A stretch of 64,000 nt of DNA from an uncultured Solirubrobacterales bacterium. Its GTDB lineage: Bacteria > Actinomycetota > Thermoleophilia > Solirubrobacterales > Solirubrobacteraceae. The notes beneath the pieces are model-generated. The model was not told the DNA's origin. It was given only the letters and a program-made list of their open reading frames with translations, and searched no databases. Of the stretch, positions 20,232-29,348 are shown one piece after another. The stretch is taken from positions 63,182 through 127,181 of the forward strand of contig CAWEKN010000004.1 of assembly GCA_963809685.1 (NCBI GenBank). Reading direction: 5' to 3'. Both the position numbers and the translations under genes were made by a program. Within the stretch, counting starts at the first letter, position 1. Each line of letters starts with the position of its first letter.

Positions 20232-20810
20232 TTAGGGAGCGCAGTCGTTCGTGACGGCCGCGGCGCTGACCAGCGATGCCCCTCTCAGCCACCCGTTGAC
20301 GGTCGTCGTCCGGAGCCCGAGGCGCGCCACTCGTTGCTCGAGCTGGGGCACGCAGCGCGCGAGCTTGTGGACCGTGCCCTGCACCCCCGACACCGCCTGC
20401 CAGAGGCTGCGCGTGTCGGCGGCATCCTGCAGCGTCCGCAGCTGCGTCCGGTAGGAAGCGAGTTGACCTCTGGCCGCGGTCAGGCTCCGGTTGGTGGCGG
20501 CGAGTCGCCGATCGGTCTGAGCGAGCGTCCGGCCGGTGCCGGCGAGCTGGCTTTGCAGCGCGTGGAACTCGGCCTCGAGCCGTGCCGCGTCGCCGGAGGC
20601 GGCGTTGCCGGTGACGACGGAGGATCCGACCGCGACCGCGAGCGCGATCGTCGCGAGCGCGCCGACGATGACCGGCGCGACCCTGGTGCGGCGCTTCGAA
20701 CGGCGGCGGCGGTCCCCGCGCCCGGATGTCCTCCGTGTGGCTGTCTCCCGCCCGAACGTCGCGGTGCTCAAAGGAATCCCTCCCGGTTGTATGGCTGCCG
20801 CTCGCTCCAT
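20232..20810 (-). CDS. hypothetical membrane-anchored coiled-coil protein
   Basis: One TM followed by a heptad-like segment; start uncertain. Confidence 0.45.
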   Translation of the reverse strand: MERAAAIQPGGIPLSTATFGRETATRRTSGRGDRRRRSKRRTRVAPVIVGALATIALAVAVGSSVVTGNAASGDAARLEAEFHALQSQLAGTGRTLAQTDRRLAATNRSLTAARGQLASYRTQLRTLQDAADTRSLWQAVSGVQGTVHKLARCVPQLEQRVARLGLRTTTVNGWLRGASLVSAAAVTNDCAP

Positions 20811-20919
20811 TTTCCGGCAGCGCGCGCACGATCGCTATCGGGCGAAGCCCCCATCTTTCGAGGCGCGGCAGGACTGGCATCCGGCGGCGAGACGACCGCA
20901 GGATCGGTCGGATCCGGGC

Positions 20920-22713
20920 TTAGCGGTACAGCGCGTCGAACACGTCCTGGTAGCGCTCGTTGATCACGTTGCGCTTGACCTTCAACGTCGGCGTCAGCTC
21001 GCCGGTCTCGATCGACAGGTCATGGTCGAGGATCGTGAACTTCTTGATCTGCTCGACTCGCGCATAGTGGGTGTTGGCGCGGTCGAGCTCAGTCTGGACC
21101 AGCGCCTGTACCTCGTCGGTCTGCACGAGCTCGGCCAGCTCCTCGGGCAGCCCGTGCTCCTTGGCCCACGGGATGATCTCCTCGGCGTCGAGCGTGATCA
21201 GCGCCACCGGGAACGGACGCCGGTCGCCGTACATCACCGCCTGCGAGATGAACCGCGACTGCTTGAGGTCGTTCTCGATGTTTGCCGGGGTCAGGTTCTT
21301 GCCGCCGGCGGTGATGATGATGTCCTTCTTGCGGCCGGTGATCTTCAGATAGCCGTCGTCGTCGAGTTCGCCGATGTCGCCGGTGTGCAGCCAGCCGTCG
21401 ATCAGCGTCTCGGCGGTCGCCTGCGGGTTTCGCCAGTACTCGCGAAACACGTTTGGACCCCGCATCAGGATCTCGCCGTCGTCGGGCGCGATCCGGATCT
21501 CGACCCCGGGAACGGGCCGGCCGACCGTTCCGAACTTGAAGTGGTCGAGCGTGCCAACGGTCCCGACGCCGGTCGTCTCGGTCATGCCCCAGCCTTCGAG
21601 CACCGGGACCCCGGCGGCGTAGAAGAACTCGAGGATCTCCGGCGCGATCGGCGCGGCGCCGGTGACCGCCTGGTCGGTGTGCCCGCCGAACAGCTGCCGG
21701 ACGCGCTCGAAGATCTCCGCATCGGCCTGCTGAAACGGCCGCTCGAGCTCTTCGGGGATCGGCTCGCCCCGCCGCTGGCGGCGCCGTACGTCGACGCCGA
21801 GCGCCAGCGCTTGGCGAAACCGCTCGCGGTCGGAATCGCTCGCCTGATCCTGGAGCTTCGTCGCGGCCGTGTACAGCTTCTCGAAGATCCTCGGGACCGA
21901 CGGCAGGTATGTCGGCTGAGTCTCGATCAGCTCGGCCAGGATCTGGCTGGTGTCGCCGCCGAAGTAGATGATCGTCGTGCCCTGGTCGACTGTCGCGAGC
22001 AGAGTGATCAGCGCGAACACGTGCGCGAGTGGCAGATACAGGTACGTGACGTCGTTCGGCTTGACGAACTGCAACTCCTCGACCATCTCGCAAACCGACA
22101 TCGCATTGCGATGGGTGAGCACCACTCCCTTGGGTGGGCCCGTCGTTCCCGACGTGTAGATGATCGTGTAGGGATCGCTGGGGTCGATTTGCTGCCGGCG
22201 CGCGGTGAGCGACCCCGCGTCCGCGCCACGCCCTCGCTCACGCACGTCGTCGAGCGTGAGCTCGCCGGCGCCCGGCTCGATTCCGAACACGTGCTCGAGC
22301 TCGGGCAACTCGGCGCGAACCTGTTCGATCTTGGCGGCCTGCCCGGCGTTCTCGCAGATGACCGCGCGAGCCCCGGAGTTGCCCAGCACCCACGCGCATT
22401 CCTTCGGGGAGTTCGTGGGGTAGACAGGCACGACGACGGCCCCCGCTGCCGAGATCCCGAAGCTCGCGAGTGTCCACTCCAGCCGCGTCTCGGCAAGCAG
22501 GCCGACGCGGTCGCCGACCTGCACTCCCAGCTGGGCCAGCCCCAGCGCGATCTCGTCGATCGCTTGGCCGACCTCGGCGTAGGTGTGCTCGCGCCACTCG
22601 CCGTCGAGCTTGTGGCGCGCGGCGATCCGATCGCCGAAGCGTGCCGCGGTGGATCCCGGCAGGGCCGCGACGGTCGCGGCGATCTGCCTTGGAGTGGACG
22701 TCGTCTCGGTCAT
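20920..22713 (-). CDS. long-chain fatty acid--CoA ligase
   Basis: 'YTSGTTGPPKG', 'GWGMTE', 'GWLHTGDIG'; AAGGAG RBS. Confidence 0.9.
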   Translation of the reverse strand: MTETTSTPRQIAATVAALPGSTAARFGDRIAARHKLDGEWREHTYAEVGQAIDEIALGLAQLGVQVGDRVGLLAETRLEWTLASFGISAAGAVVVPVYPTNSPKECAWVLGNSGARAVICENAGQAAKIEQVRAELPELEHVFGIEPGAGELTLDDVRERGRGADAGSLTARRQQIDPSDPYTIIYTSGTTGPPKGVVLTHRNAMSVCEMVEELQFVKPNDVTYLYLPLAHVFALITLLATVDQGTTIIYFGGDTSQILAELIETQPTYLPSVPRIFEKLYTAATKLQDQASDSDRERFRQALALGVDVRRRQRRGEPIPEELERPFQQADAEIFERVRQLFGGHTDQAVTGAAPIAPEILEFFYAAGVPVLEGWGMTETTGVGTVGTLDHFKFGTVGRPVPGVEIRIAPDDGEILMRGPNVFREYWRNPQATAETLIDGWLHTGDIGELDDDGYLKITGRKKDIIITAGGKNLTPANIENDLKQSRFISQAVMYGDRRPFPVALITLDAEEIIPWAKEHGLPEELAELVQTDEVQALVQTELDRANTHYARVEQIKKFTILDHDLSIETGELTPTLKVKRNVINERYQDVFDALYR

Positions 22714-22816
22714 CTCGGCTCTCCTTGTACCCCACGGCGGATTGCAAGAACTCTTGCACGAACGCGGGCTCGATGTGTTGGATTTCGACGCGGGCCAGCG
22801 GGTAGTACCCGCATTG

Positions 22817-22999
22817 ATGGGACCGCTGATGTTCGTCAACTGGAAAACCGTCAACGTCCGATTCACAGCGTCGATGTGGGCGATCGCGCTTGTGCTCGCG
22901 ATCGCGATCCTGCTCGCGAGCGCGCCCACGCACGCTCAACCTCACCGCTCACTCCGCGCCCCGGCGCCGTCAACCGCCGCTCTCGACGGCCGGCAGTAG
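22817..22999 (+). CDS. putative small secreted/membrane peptide
   Basis: Hydrophobic signal-like stretch; GATT-N15-GGGTAG promoter at 22781-22805. Confidence 0.4.
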   Translation: MGPLMFVNWKTVNVRFTASMWAIALVLAIAILLASAPTHAQPHRSLRAPAPSTAALDGRQ

Positions 23000-23053
23000 C
23001 GACCGGTCGAGCCCATAGGCCGCGACTGGTCCGGTACGATCGCCGGCGGCGGT

Positions 23054-24997
23054 ATGAATCGCTCGCTTCCAGTTGCGATGCTGGCGATGTTCCTCGGGGG
23101 ATGGGTGGTCGGGACATCACCTGCGTCGGCCCGGTCTGCAGATCAGGTGGTCAGCTACCACGGCTACAAGCTCGCGGTGCCCGCGTCGTGGCCGGTGTTC
23201 GATCTCGCCGCGAATCCGAGCGTGTGCGTCCGCTTCAACCGCCATGCGGTGTATCTCGGTGTGCCCGGCACGCAGCAGCGATGCCCAGCGCACGCGGTCG
23301 GCCGGACCGAGGCGGTCCTGGTCGAGCCGCTGAGCGCTCGCACCGCGCGTGCCGGAGCGACCGGCGACCCGCTTGAGCGAGCGGGCAGCTCCGGCGCCCA
23401 GCCGCCCGGTGGTTCCGCGATCAGGCTGGTGGTCGGCTCGCGAGAGCTCGTCGCCACCGCGACTTGGGCGAGGCACCGGGTCTTGATCGAGCGCGCGCTC
23501 GGGCGCCGCGCGGTCGGCCGTGTCGTCGGCCGTGCGGGCGCGCCCGCCGCACCGGCGTCGCGATTGGCGCGCCCGGCACGTGTCTCGGCGGCCGCAGCAC
23601 GCGGCGCGGTCACCTACACCGGGCTCGGGTTCGATCCGTGCGCGACCCCAAGCGCCGCCGCGATGTCGGCCTGGGCGGCGTCACCGTACCGCGCCGTCGG
23701 GGTCTACCTCGGCGGCGCGAATATGGCTTGCTCGCAACCCAACCTGACAGCGCCATGGGTGCGCACCGAGGAGGCGGCCGGCTGGCACCTGATCCCGACG
23801 TACGTCGGCCTGCAGGCGCCGGCCTCGTCGTGCGGCTGCGCGCCGATCGCGCCCGCCCGGGCACGCGCCGAGGGCGTCGCCGCCGCCGACGACGCAGTCG
23901 CGCACGCACAGTCGGTCGGGATCGGTGCCGGCAATCCCATCTACTTCGACATGGAGGCCTATTCCCGAGGCGGCGGCAACACCGCCGCGGTACTCACGTT
24001 CTTGGCGGGCTGGACCTCGCAGCTGCACGCCGATGGGTACGTGTCCGGCGTCTACAGCAGCGGCGGCTCGGGGATCCACGATCTCGCCGCCGCCTACGGG
24101 ACCGGATACCTCGAGCCCGATGACATCTGGATCGCCGACTGGAACGGGCTGCACACGACCGCAGATCCGTACGTGCCGAGCGCCGATTGGCCCGCACATC
24201 AGCGCCTGCACCAGTACTCAGGCGGCCAGAACGTGACCTACGGCGGCGTCACGATGAACATCGACGGCGACTACCTCGACGGCGCCACCGCCGGCAACGG
24301 CGGCGGCCCGCTGCTGCCCGATAGCACGTTCGTGCAGGTGGAGGGCACGACCGCGATCTACCGGGTCGCGGGCGGCGCGCCGCTGCTGATCTCAAGCTGG
24401 GACTCGTTCGGAGGGCCACAGCCGATGGCGATCATGACCCAGCAGCAGTTCGACTCGCTGCACCGGGTTCCGGCCGACGGCACGTTCTTGGTCACGACCT
24501 CGGGTGCGGCCTATCGGGTCGCGGGCGGCTCACCGATCCTCGTCAGCAACTGGTCGGTGTTCGGAGGCGTCCGGCCGTCGGTCACGATCGACCAATGGGA
24601 CATCGACAACATCACTGATCCCGCCGCCCACCTGAATCCCAAGCCGGCTGACGGCACCGTCGTCGAGGGCCTGCCATCCCGGACGTTCTGGGGGTTCGGA
24701 GCCGGCGACCGAGGCCGGCTGAGTCCCACCACCGGCGCGATCGCGGTCGATGACGCCGGGCTCAATTCCTACCTCCAGGTCGCGGTGCTGAGCGGTTCCT
24801 GGTGCGTCGTTCCGGGTGTGCGGCACCTGCCGCTCGCGAAGGCGGGCGCAGCGATCCGACGTGCCCACTGCCGCGTCGGTGCGGTTCGCCGCCCCAGGCA
24901 CGTGGCCCGCCGCCACGTCCTGCGCGTCCGCGCGCAATCGACTGCGCCTGGGACCAGGCACCGGGCGAGCTACGCGGTGGGTCTCACGGTCAGTTAG
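23054..24997 (+). CDS. secreted DUF1906 (GH25-like) glycoside hydrolase with internal repeats and a C-terminal PASTA-like domain
   Basis: Signal peptide; 'GFDPCATP', 'PTYVGLQAP', 'IYFDMEAY', 'HQYSGG'; 'CVVPGV' C-terminal module. Confidence 0.75.
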   Translation: MNRSLPVAMLAMFLGGWVVGTSPASARSADQVVSYHGYKLAVPASWPVFDLAANPSVCVRFNRHAVYLGVPGTQQRCPAHAVGRTEAVLVEPLSARTARAGATGDPLERAGSSGAQPPGGSAIRLVVGSRELVATATWARHRVLIERALGRRAVGRVVGRAGAPAAPASRLARPARVSAAAARGAVTYTGLGFDPCATPSAAAMSAWAASPYRAVGVYLGGANMACSQPNLTAPWVRTEEAAGWHLIPTYVGLQAPASSCGCAPIAPARARAEGVAAADDAVAHAQSVGIGAGNPIYFDMEAYSRGGGNTAAVLTFLAGWTSQLHADGYVSGVYSSGGSGIHDLAAAYGTGYLEPDDIWIADWNGLHTTADPYVPSADWPAHQRLHQYSGGQNVTYGGVTMNIDGDYLDGATAGNGGGPLLPDSTFVQVEGTTAIYRVAGGAPLLISSWDSFGGPQPMAIMTQQQFDSLHRVPADGTFLVTTSGAAYRVAGGSPILVSNWSVFGGVRPSVTIDQWDIDNITDPAAHLNPKPADGTVVEGLPSRTFWGFGAGDRGRLSPTTGAIAVDDAGLNSYLQVAVLSGSWCVVPGVRHLPLAKAGAAIRRAHCRVGAVRRPRHVARRHVLRVRAQSTAPGTRHRASYAVGLTVS

Positions 24998-25198
24998 CAC
25001 CGCGACGGGCCGCCTTGATTGGGCTCTGCGTGCCGGGGCTTCGGCCGGCGCGCTATGTATCGCCGGCTCGCCGTGTCTTGTGCCACTCGGTGGCGGGCGC
25101 GCTGCGCGCGCCCCGCGGCCCTGGCCGTCGCTCGGCTGCATGGTTGGCAACGAGCGTTGGAGTGTGCCCACGGGCGCCGATTCATCCCAGCAGCGCGC

Positions 25199-25372
25199 GC
25201 TTATATCCCGGAATCTCCGCGCTGGTCGGAGCTTTCCGGACATAAGCCCGCCGGGAGCGCTTATCTCCGGATGAGTCGCGTGGGGCAGCGAGGTATCCGG
25301 GGATAAGCACGCCGTCTGCCGCGAGGTCTGGGGATATTCGTGGCGCCAGGACGCCACAAATATCCCAAGACC
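25199..25372. repeat. cluster of three ~49-bp hairpins (REP/REPIN-like); two share GCTTAT..CCGGA arms
   Basis: Inverted repeats at 25199-25247, 25259-25308 and 25325-25372. Confidence 0.65.
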
Positions 25373-25434
25373 CCATCGGCGTCCGTGAAATCACGTGTCT
25401 GACGCGTAGTTTCCCGCGGCACCATCGCCGGGCA

Positions 25435-25974
25435 ATGACCGATGTGCGCGCCTCGCTGGTGCGATGGAGTGCGGGCATGACGCTGGCGACCCGAAGGCCT
25501 GTCCTGTTGTGGAGCTCCGGGGTGGCGATCGCGCTGCTTGCGGCGCTGCTCGCCCTCGCGATCAGCGCCGGCGCCTCGCACCGCGGCAGCGTCTACGCGC
25601 AGCTCCAGCGGCCGGCCGCACGCGCGGTCATGACGGTTGGGCCCGGCCCGATCGCCGCGAGTATGCAGGCTGGCCCGTACCGGCTGTCGCTGAGGATCGC
25701 GCCGAACCGGGCTGCCGACCCTTCTCGGCTCGTCGTTGTCCTGCGGCGCGGCGCAAGGGTGCTGAACGGGGCGCGGGTGACGGTCACCTACTCGATGCCG
25801 GCGATGGGCATGGACGACGTCTTCACGGGCCGCCTGACGCAGATCGCGGCCGGGACCTACGGCGCACGCCAGCCGGTGTTCGGCATGCCCGGCACCTGGC
25901 AGCTTCGTTTCGCCGTCTTCCTGCCGCACGCCACAAAACTCACCGTCGCGATCAACGACCATATGATCAGGTAG
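25435..25974 (+). CDS. YtkA/FixH-like membrane-anchored Ig-fold protein
   Basis: TM helix, 'YSMPAMGM', 'GTYG...FGMPGTWQL'. Confidence 0.65.
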   Translation: MTDVRASLVRWSAGMTLATRRPVLLWSSGVAIALLAALLALAISAGASHRGSVYAQLQRPAARAVMTVGPGPIAASMQAGPYRLSLRIAPNRAADPSRLVVVLRRGARVLNGARVTVTYSMPAMGMDDVFTGRLTQIAAGTYGARQPVFGMPGTWQLRFAVFLPHATKLTVAINDHMIR

Positions 25975-26756
25975 TGGCGACGACGGAAGCTGTCTCTGGC
26001 CGGGGGTTTGGTGCGACCTCGCGGCGGGACCGCTGGTGGGTCGAGCCGGCTTTGACCGGGCTCGGGCTGACCGCGTTCGGGGTCTACTCGATCGTGGTCG
26101 CCGCCAGCAACACCGACTTCCAGTACACGGGCGGCGGCGCGCGTTATCTGTCGCCGTTCTACTCGCCCGATCTGCGCAACTTCGGGCTGCACGTGTCCTT
26201 CACGTATGCGTTCTTCGTGATCTGGGTGCCGCTCGGCTTCCGGCTGACTTGTTACTACTACCGCAAGGCGTATTACCGGGCGTTCTTCCTGGCGCCGCCT
26301 GCCTGCGCGGTTGCAGGGCTGTCGCGACGGCGCTACCGCGGCGAGACGAAGTTCCCGTTCGTCCTTCAGAACCTCCACCGCTACTTCCTGTACCTGTCGA
26401 CGATCGTCCTCGGGTTTCTGTGGTACGACGCGGTCAGGGCCTTTTTCTTCAATACGTCCGGCGGCTCGCTCGAATTCGGCGTGGGACTGGGCTCGCTCGT
26501 GATGCTCGGCAACGTCGTTCTGCTCACCGGCTTCACGTTCGGCTGCAACTCGCTGCGTCACCTGATCGGCGGCCAGCTCGACTGTTTCAGCTGCACGGCG
26601 TCGGCGCGCACACGCCACCGGCTGTGGCGGGGCGCCACCAGGTTCAACCACCACCACATGGCGCTGGCGTGGATCAGCCTCGGCGGTGTCGCGCTCACGG
26701 ATCTGTACATCAGACTGGCCGCCGCGGGCGTGTTCCACGACCCCCGGATCATCTGA
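25974..26756 (+). CDS. succinate dehydrogenase membrane anchor, Sdh1 type (Rv0249c-like)
   Basis: 'SPFYSP', 'FRLTCYYYRKAYYRAF', 'NLHRYF', 'GCNSLRH'. Confidence 0.8.
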   Translation: MATTEAVSGRGFGATSRRDRWWVEPALTGLGLTAFGVYSIVVAASNTDFQYTGGGARYLSPFYSPDLRNFGLHVSFTYAFFVIWVPLGFRLTCYYYRKAYYRAFFLAPPACAVAGLSRRRYRGETKFPFVLQNLHRYFLYLSTIVLGFLWYDAVRAFFFNTSGGSLEFGVGLGSLVMLGNVVLLTGFTFGCNSLRHLIGGQLDCFSCTASARTRHRLWRGATRFNHHHMALAWISLGGVALTDLYIRLAAAGVFHDPRII

Positions 26757-26757
26757 C

Positions 26758-28485
26758 GTGGCGATCGAACGCCATGACTACGACGTGGTGGTGATCGGCG
26801 CCGGCGGTGCCGGCCTGCGTGCTGCGATCGCCGCCACCGAGCAGGGCGCGCACACGGCGATCGTCTGCAAATCGCTGCTCGGCAAGGCACACACCGTGAT
26901 GGCGGAGGGCGGGGTCGCGGCGGCGCTCGGAAACGTCGCCTCGGAGGACAACTGGCAAGTCCATTTCCAGGACACGATGTTCGGCGGCAAGTACCTGAAC
27001 AACTGGTACATGGCGGAGCTGCACGCCAAGGAAGCCCCCGATCGAGTGCGTGAGCTCGAGCGGTGGGGCGGGGTGTTCGACCGCACAGAGGACCGAAAGA
27101 TGTCGCAGCGGGCGTTCGGCGGGCACACCTACAGGCGGCTGGTGCACATCGGCGATCGCACCGGGCTCGAACTGCTGCGGACGCTGCAGGACAAGGCAGT
27201 GCACGCCGGGATCGACGTGTTCATGGAGTGCACCGTCACGCGCCTGATCAAGGACGGCGACCGGGTCTGCGGCGTCTTCGGCTACCACCGCGCGACCGGG
27301 GAGTTCGTTACCTTCACGGCGCGCGCGCTGGTGCTGGCGACCGGCGGCGCGGGCAAGTGCTGGCGGATCACCTCGAACTCGTGGGAGTGCACCGGTGACG
27401 GCCACGGGCTCGCGTACGAGGCGGGCGCCGAGCTGGTCGACATGGAGTTCGTGCAGTTTCACCCGACCGGGATGGTGTGGCCGCCGGGCGTCGTCGGGCT
27501 GCTGGTGACCGAGGCGGTGCGCGGCGAGGGAGGGATCCTGCGCAACTCGGGCGGCGAGCGCTTCATGGAGCGATATGACCCCAAGCGGCTCGAGCTGTCG
27601 ACCCGCGACGTCGTCGCGCGTGCGATCTTCACTGAGGTCAGGGAGGGGCGCGGCTCGCCCCACGGCGGGGTCTTCCTGGACGTCTCGCACCTGGAAGCCG
27701 AGACCGTCCGTCGCAAGCTGCCGAGCATGTACGACCAGTTCATGGAGCTCGCCGGCGTCGACATCACGCGCGAGCCGATGGAGGTCGGGCCGACCTGCCA
27801 CTACATGATGGGGGGTGTCCGCGTCGACGCGGAGACCGGCGCGAGCACGGTTCCGGGACTGTTCGCGACCGGCGAGTGCTCGGGCGGGATGAACGGGGCC
27901 AACCGGCTCGGCGGTAACTCCCTGTCCGACCTGCTGGTGTTCGGACGGCGGGCGGGCCTCGGCGCCGCGCAGGCCGCCGGCGCGGCACCGGCGCCGCAGC
28001 TCGACGATGCCCAGATCGCCGACGCGCAGGCGGAGATGACTCGCTTTCTGTCGGGGACGGGAGGCGAGGACCCGTACGAGCTGCACGCTGAGCTGCAGGC
28101 CACGATGCAGGCCGACGTCGGAATCTTTCGCGACGAAGCGGGGCTCGGCGCTGCCGTGCAGCGGCTGGAGGAGCTCGCGCGTCGCGCGGTCAACGTGCGC
28201 GCCTCCTCGAGCACGCTCGCCTACAACCCCGGCTGGCATCTGTGCCGCGATCTTCAGAACATGCTGATCGTCTCGCGGTCGGTTGCGAACGCGGCGTTGA
28301 TGCGGCACGAGAGCAGGGGCGCACACAGCCGGCTCGACTTCCCCGAGTACGACGACTACTGGGGCGAGCACAACCTGATCGTCCAAGACCACGACGGCGG
28401 CGTCCGCGTCGAACCGAGGCCGGTGACCAAGTCCTCGGACCTGATGCCCCTCGTCGAACAGCGAAAGGAGGCCGAACGGGCATGA
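26758..28485 (+). CDS. sdhA: succinate dehydrogenase/fumarate reductase flavoprotein subunit
   Basis: 'KAHTVMAEGG', 'QFHPTG', 'HYMMGG', 'GANRLGGNSL', 'ESRGAH'. Confidence 0.92.
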   Translation: MAIERHDYDVVVIGAGGAGLRAAIAATEQGAHTAIVCKSLLGKAHTVMAEGGVAAALGNVASEDNWQVHFQDTMFGGKYLNNWYMAELHAKEAPDRVRELERWGGVFDRTEDRKMSQRAFGGHTYRRLVHIGDRTGLELLRTLQDKAVHAGIDVFMECTVTRLIKDGDRVCGVFGYHRATGEFVTFTARALVLATGGAGKCWRITSNSWECTGDGHGLAYEAGAELVDMEFVQFHPTGMVWPPGVVGLLVTEAVRGEGGILRNSGGERFMERYDPKRLELSTRDVVARAIFTEVREGRGSPHGGVFLDVSHLEAETVRRKLPSMYDQFMELAGVDITREPMEVGPTCHYMMGGVRVDAETGASTVPGLFATGECSGGMNGANRLGGNSLSDLLVFGRRAGLGAAQAAGAAPAPQLDDAQIADAQAEMTRFLSGTGGEDPYELHAELQATMQADVGIFRDEAGLGAAVQRLEELARRAVNVRASSSTLAYNPGWHLCRDLQNMLIVSRSVANAALMRHESRGAHSRLDFPEYDDYWGEHNLIVQDHDGGVRVEPRPVTKSSDLMPLVEQRKEAERA

Positions 28486-29213
28486 GTGCGCGGACCTTGC
28501 GGCTGTGGCGCGGCGACGCGTCCGGAGGCGAGCTCGTCGACTACGAGATCGAGGCGGAGACCGGGATGGTCGTGCTCGACGCCGTGCTCGAGATTCAGCG
28601 CCGCCAGGCGCAGGATCTGGCGGTGCGATGGAACTGCAAGGCCGCCAAGTGTGGCTCTTGCAGCGCCGAGGTCAACGGGCGGCCGCGGCTGATGTGCAAG
28701 ACCCGGCTTGACCACCTTGCGCCGGACCAGCCGATCACGGTGCAGCCACTCAAGGCGTTCCCGGTGATCCGTGACCTCGTCACCGACGTCTCCTGGAACT
28801 ACGAGGTCAATAAGCGGATTCCACCGTTCACGCCCGCGCCCGACGCCGATTGGTCGATCGGGCAGGACGACGTCGACCGGATGTCGGAGTTTCGCAAGTG
28901 CATCGAGTGCTTCCTGTGCCAGGACGTGTGCCACATCCTGCGCGAGCACCACCTCCAGTCCGAGTACTTCGGCCCGCGCTTCCTGGTGCGCGTCGCCAGC
29001 CTCGAGATGCACCCGCTCGACACGCTCGATCGCACCGCGCTGGTCTCCGACGTCGGCGGCCTCGGCCTGTGCAACATCACCAAGTGCTGCACCGAGGTCT
29101 GTCCGGAGTCGATCCACATCACCGACAACGCGATCATCCCGCTGAAGGAGCGCGTCGTCGATCGCCGCTACGACCCGCTCGCCCGGTTGCTGCGCCGGCG
29201 TCGCCGCTCGTGA
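28482..29213 (+). CDS. sdhB: succinate dehydrogenase/fumarate reductase iron-sulfur subunit
   Basis: 'CKAAKCGSC', 'CIECFLCQDVC', 'CNITKCCTEVC'. Confidence 0.92.
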   Translation: MSARTLRLWRGDASGGELVDYEIEAETGMVVLDAVLEIQRRQAQDLAVRWNCKAAKCGSCSAEVNGRPRLMCKTRLDHLAPDQPITVQPLKAFPVIRDLVTDVSWNYEVNKRIPPFTPAPDADWSIGQDDVDRMSEFRKCIECFLCQDVCHILREHHLQSEYFGPRFLVRVASLEMHPLDTLDRTALVSDVGGLGLCNITKCCTEVCPESIHITDNAIIPLKERVVDRRYDPLARLLRRRRRS

Positions 29214-29236
29214 CGGCTGCGGCGGACCTAACCGGA

Positions 29237-29296
29237 TGCACACGTTTGCAGTTGACACGTCCCGCGGGCCCCACTATGGTCCTGCAAACGATTGCA
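29237..29296 (+). promoter_or_regulatory. sigma70-type promoter TTGACA-N17-TATGGT flanked by two LacI-type operators
   Basis: TGCACACGTTTGCA at 29237-29250; TTGACA at 29252; TATGGT at 29275; TGCAAACGATTGCA at 29283-29296. Confidence 0.8.
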
Positions 29297-29348
29297 CCTC
29301 GCGGCGGCGAACCCGATTCGCCCCGCGTAGCACCGGAGGGATACCGAG

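Noticed and set aside
20536-23376. 946-aa plus-strand ORF, and similar long ORFs such as 36609-38660, 32410-34110 and 26749-28392
   Set aside because: These are antisense or shifted-frame shadows of well-supported genes, expected in high-GC DNA, with no recognisable motifs.
25199-25372. CRISPR array
   Set aside because: The ~60-bp spacing is suggestive, but the units are inverted repeats with non-identical arms, there are only 2-3 of them, and no cas genes are present.
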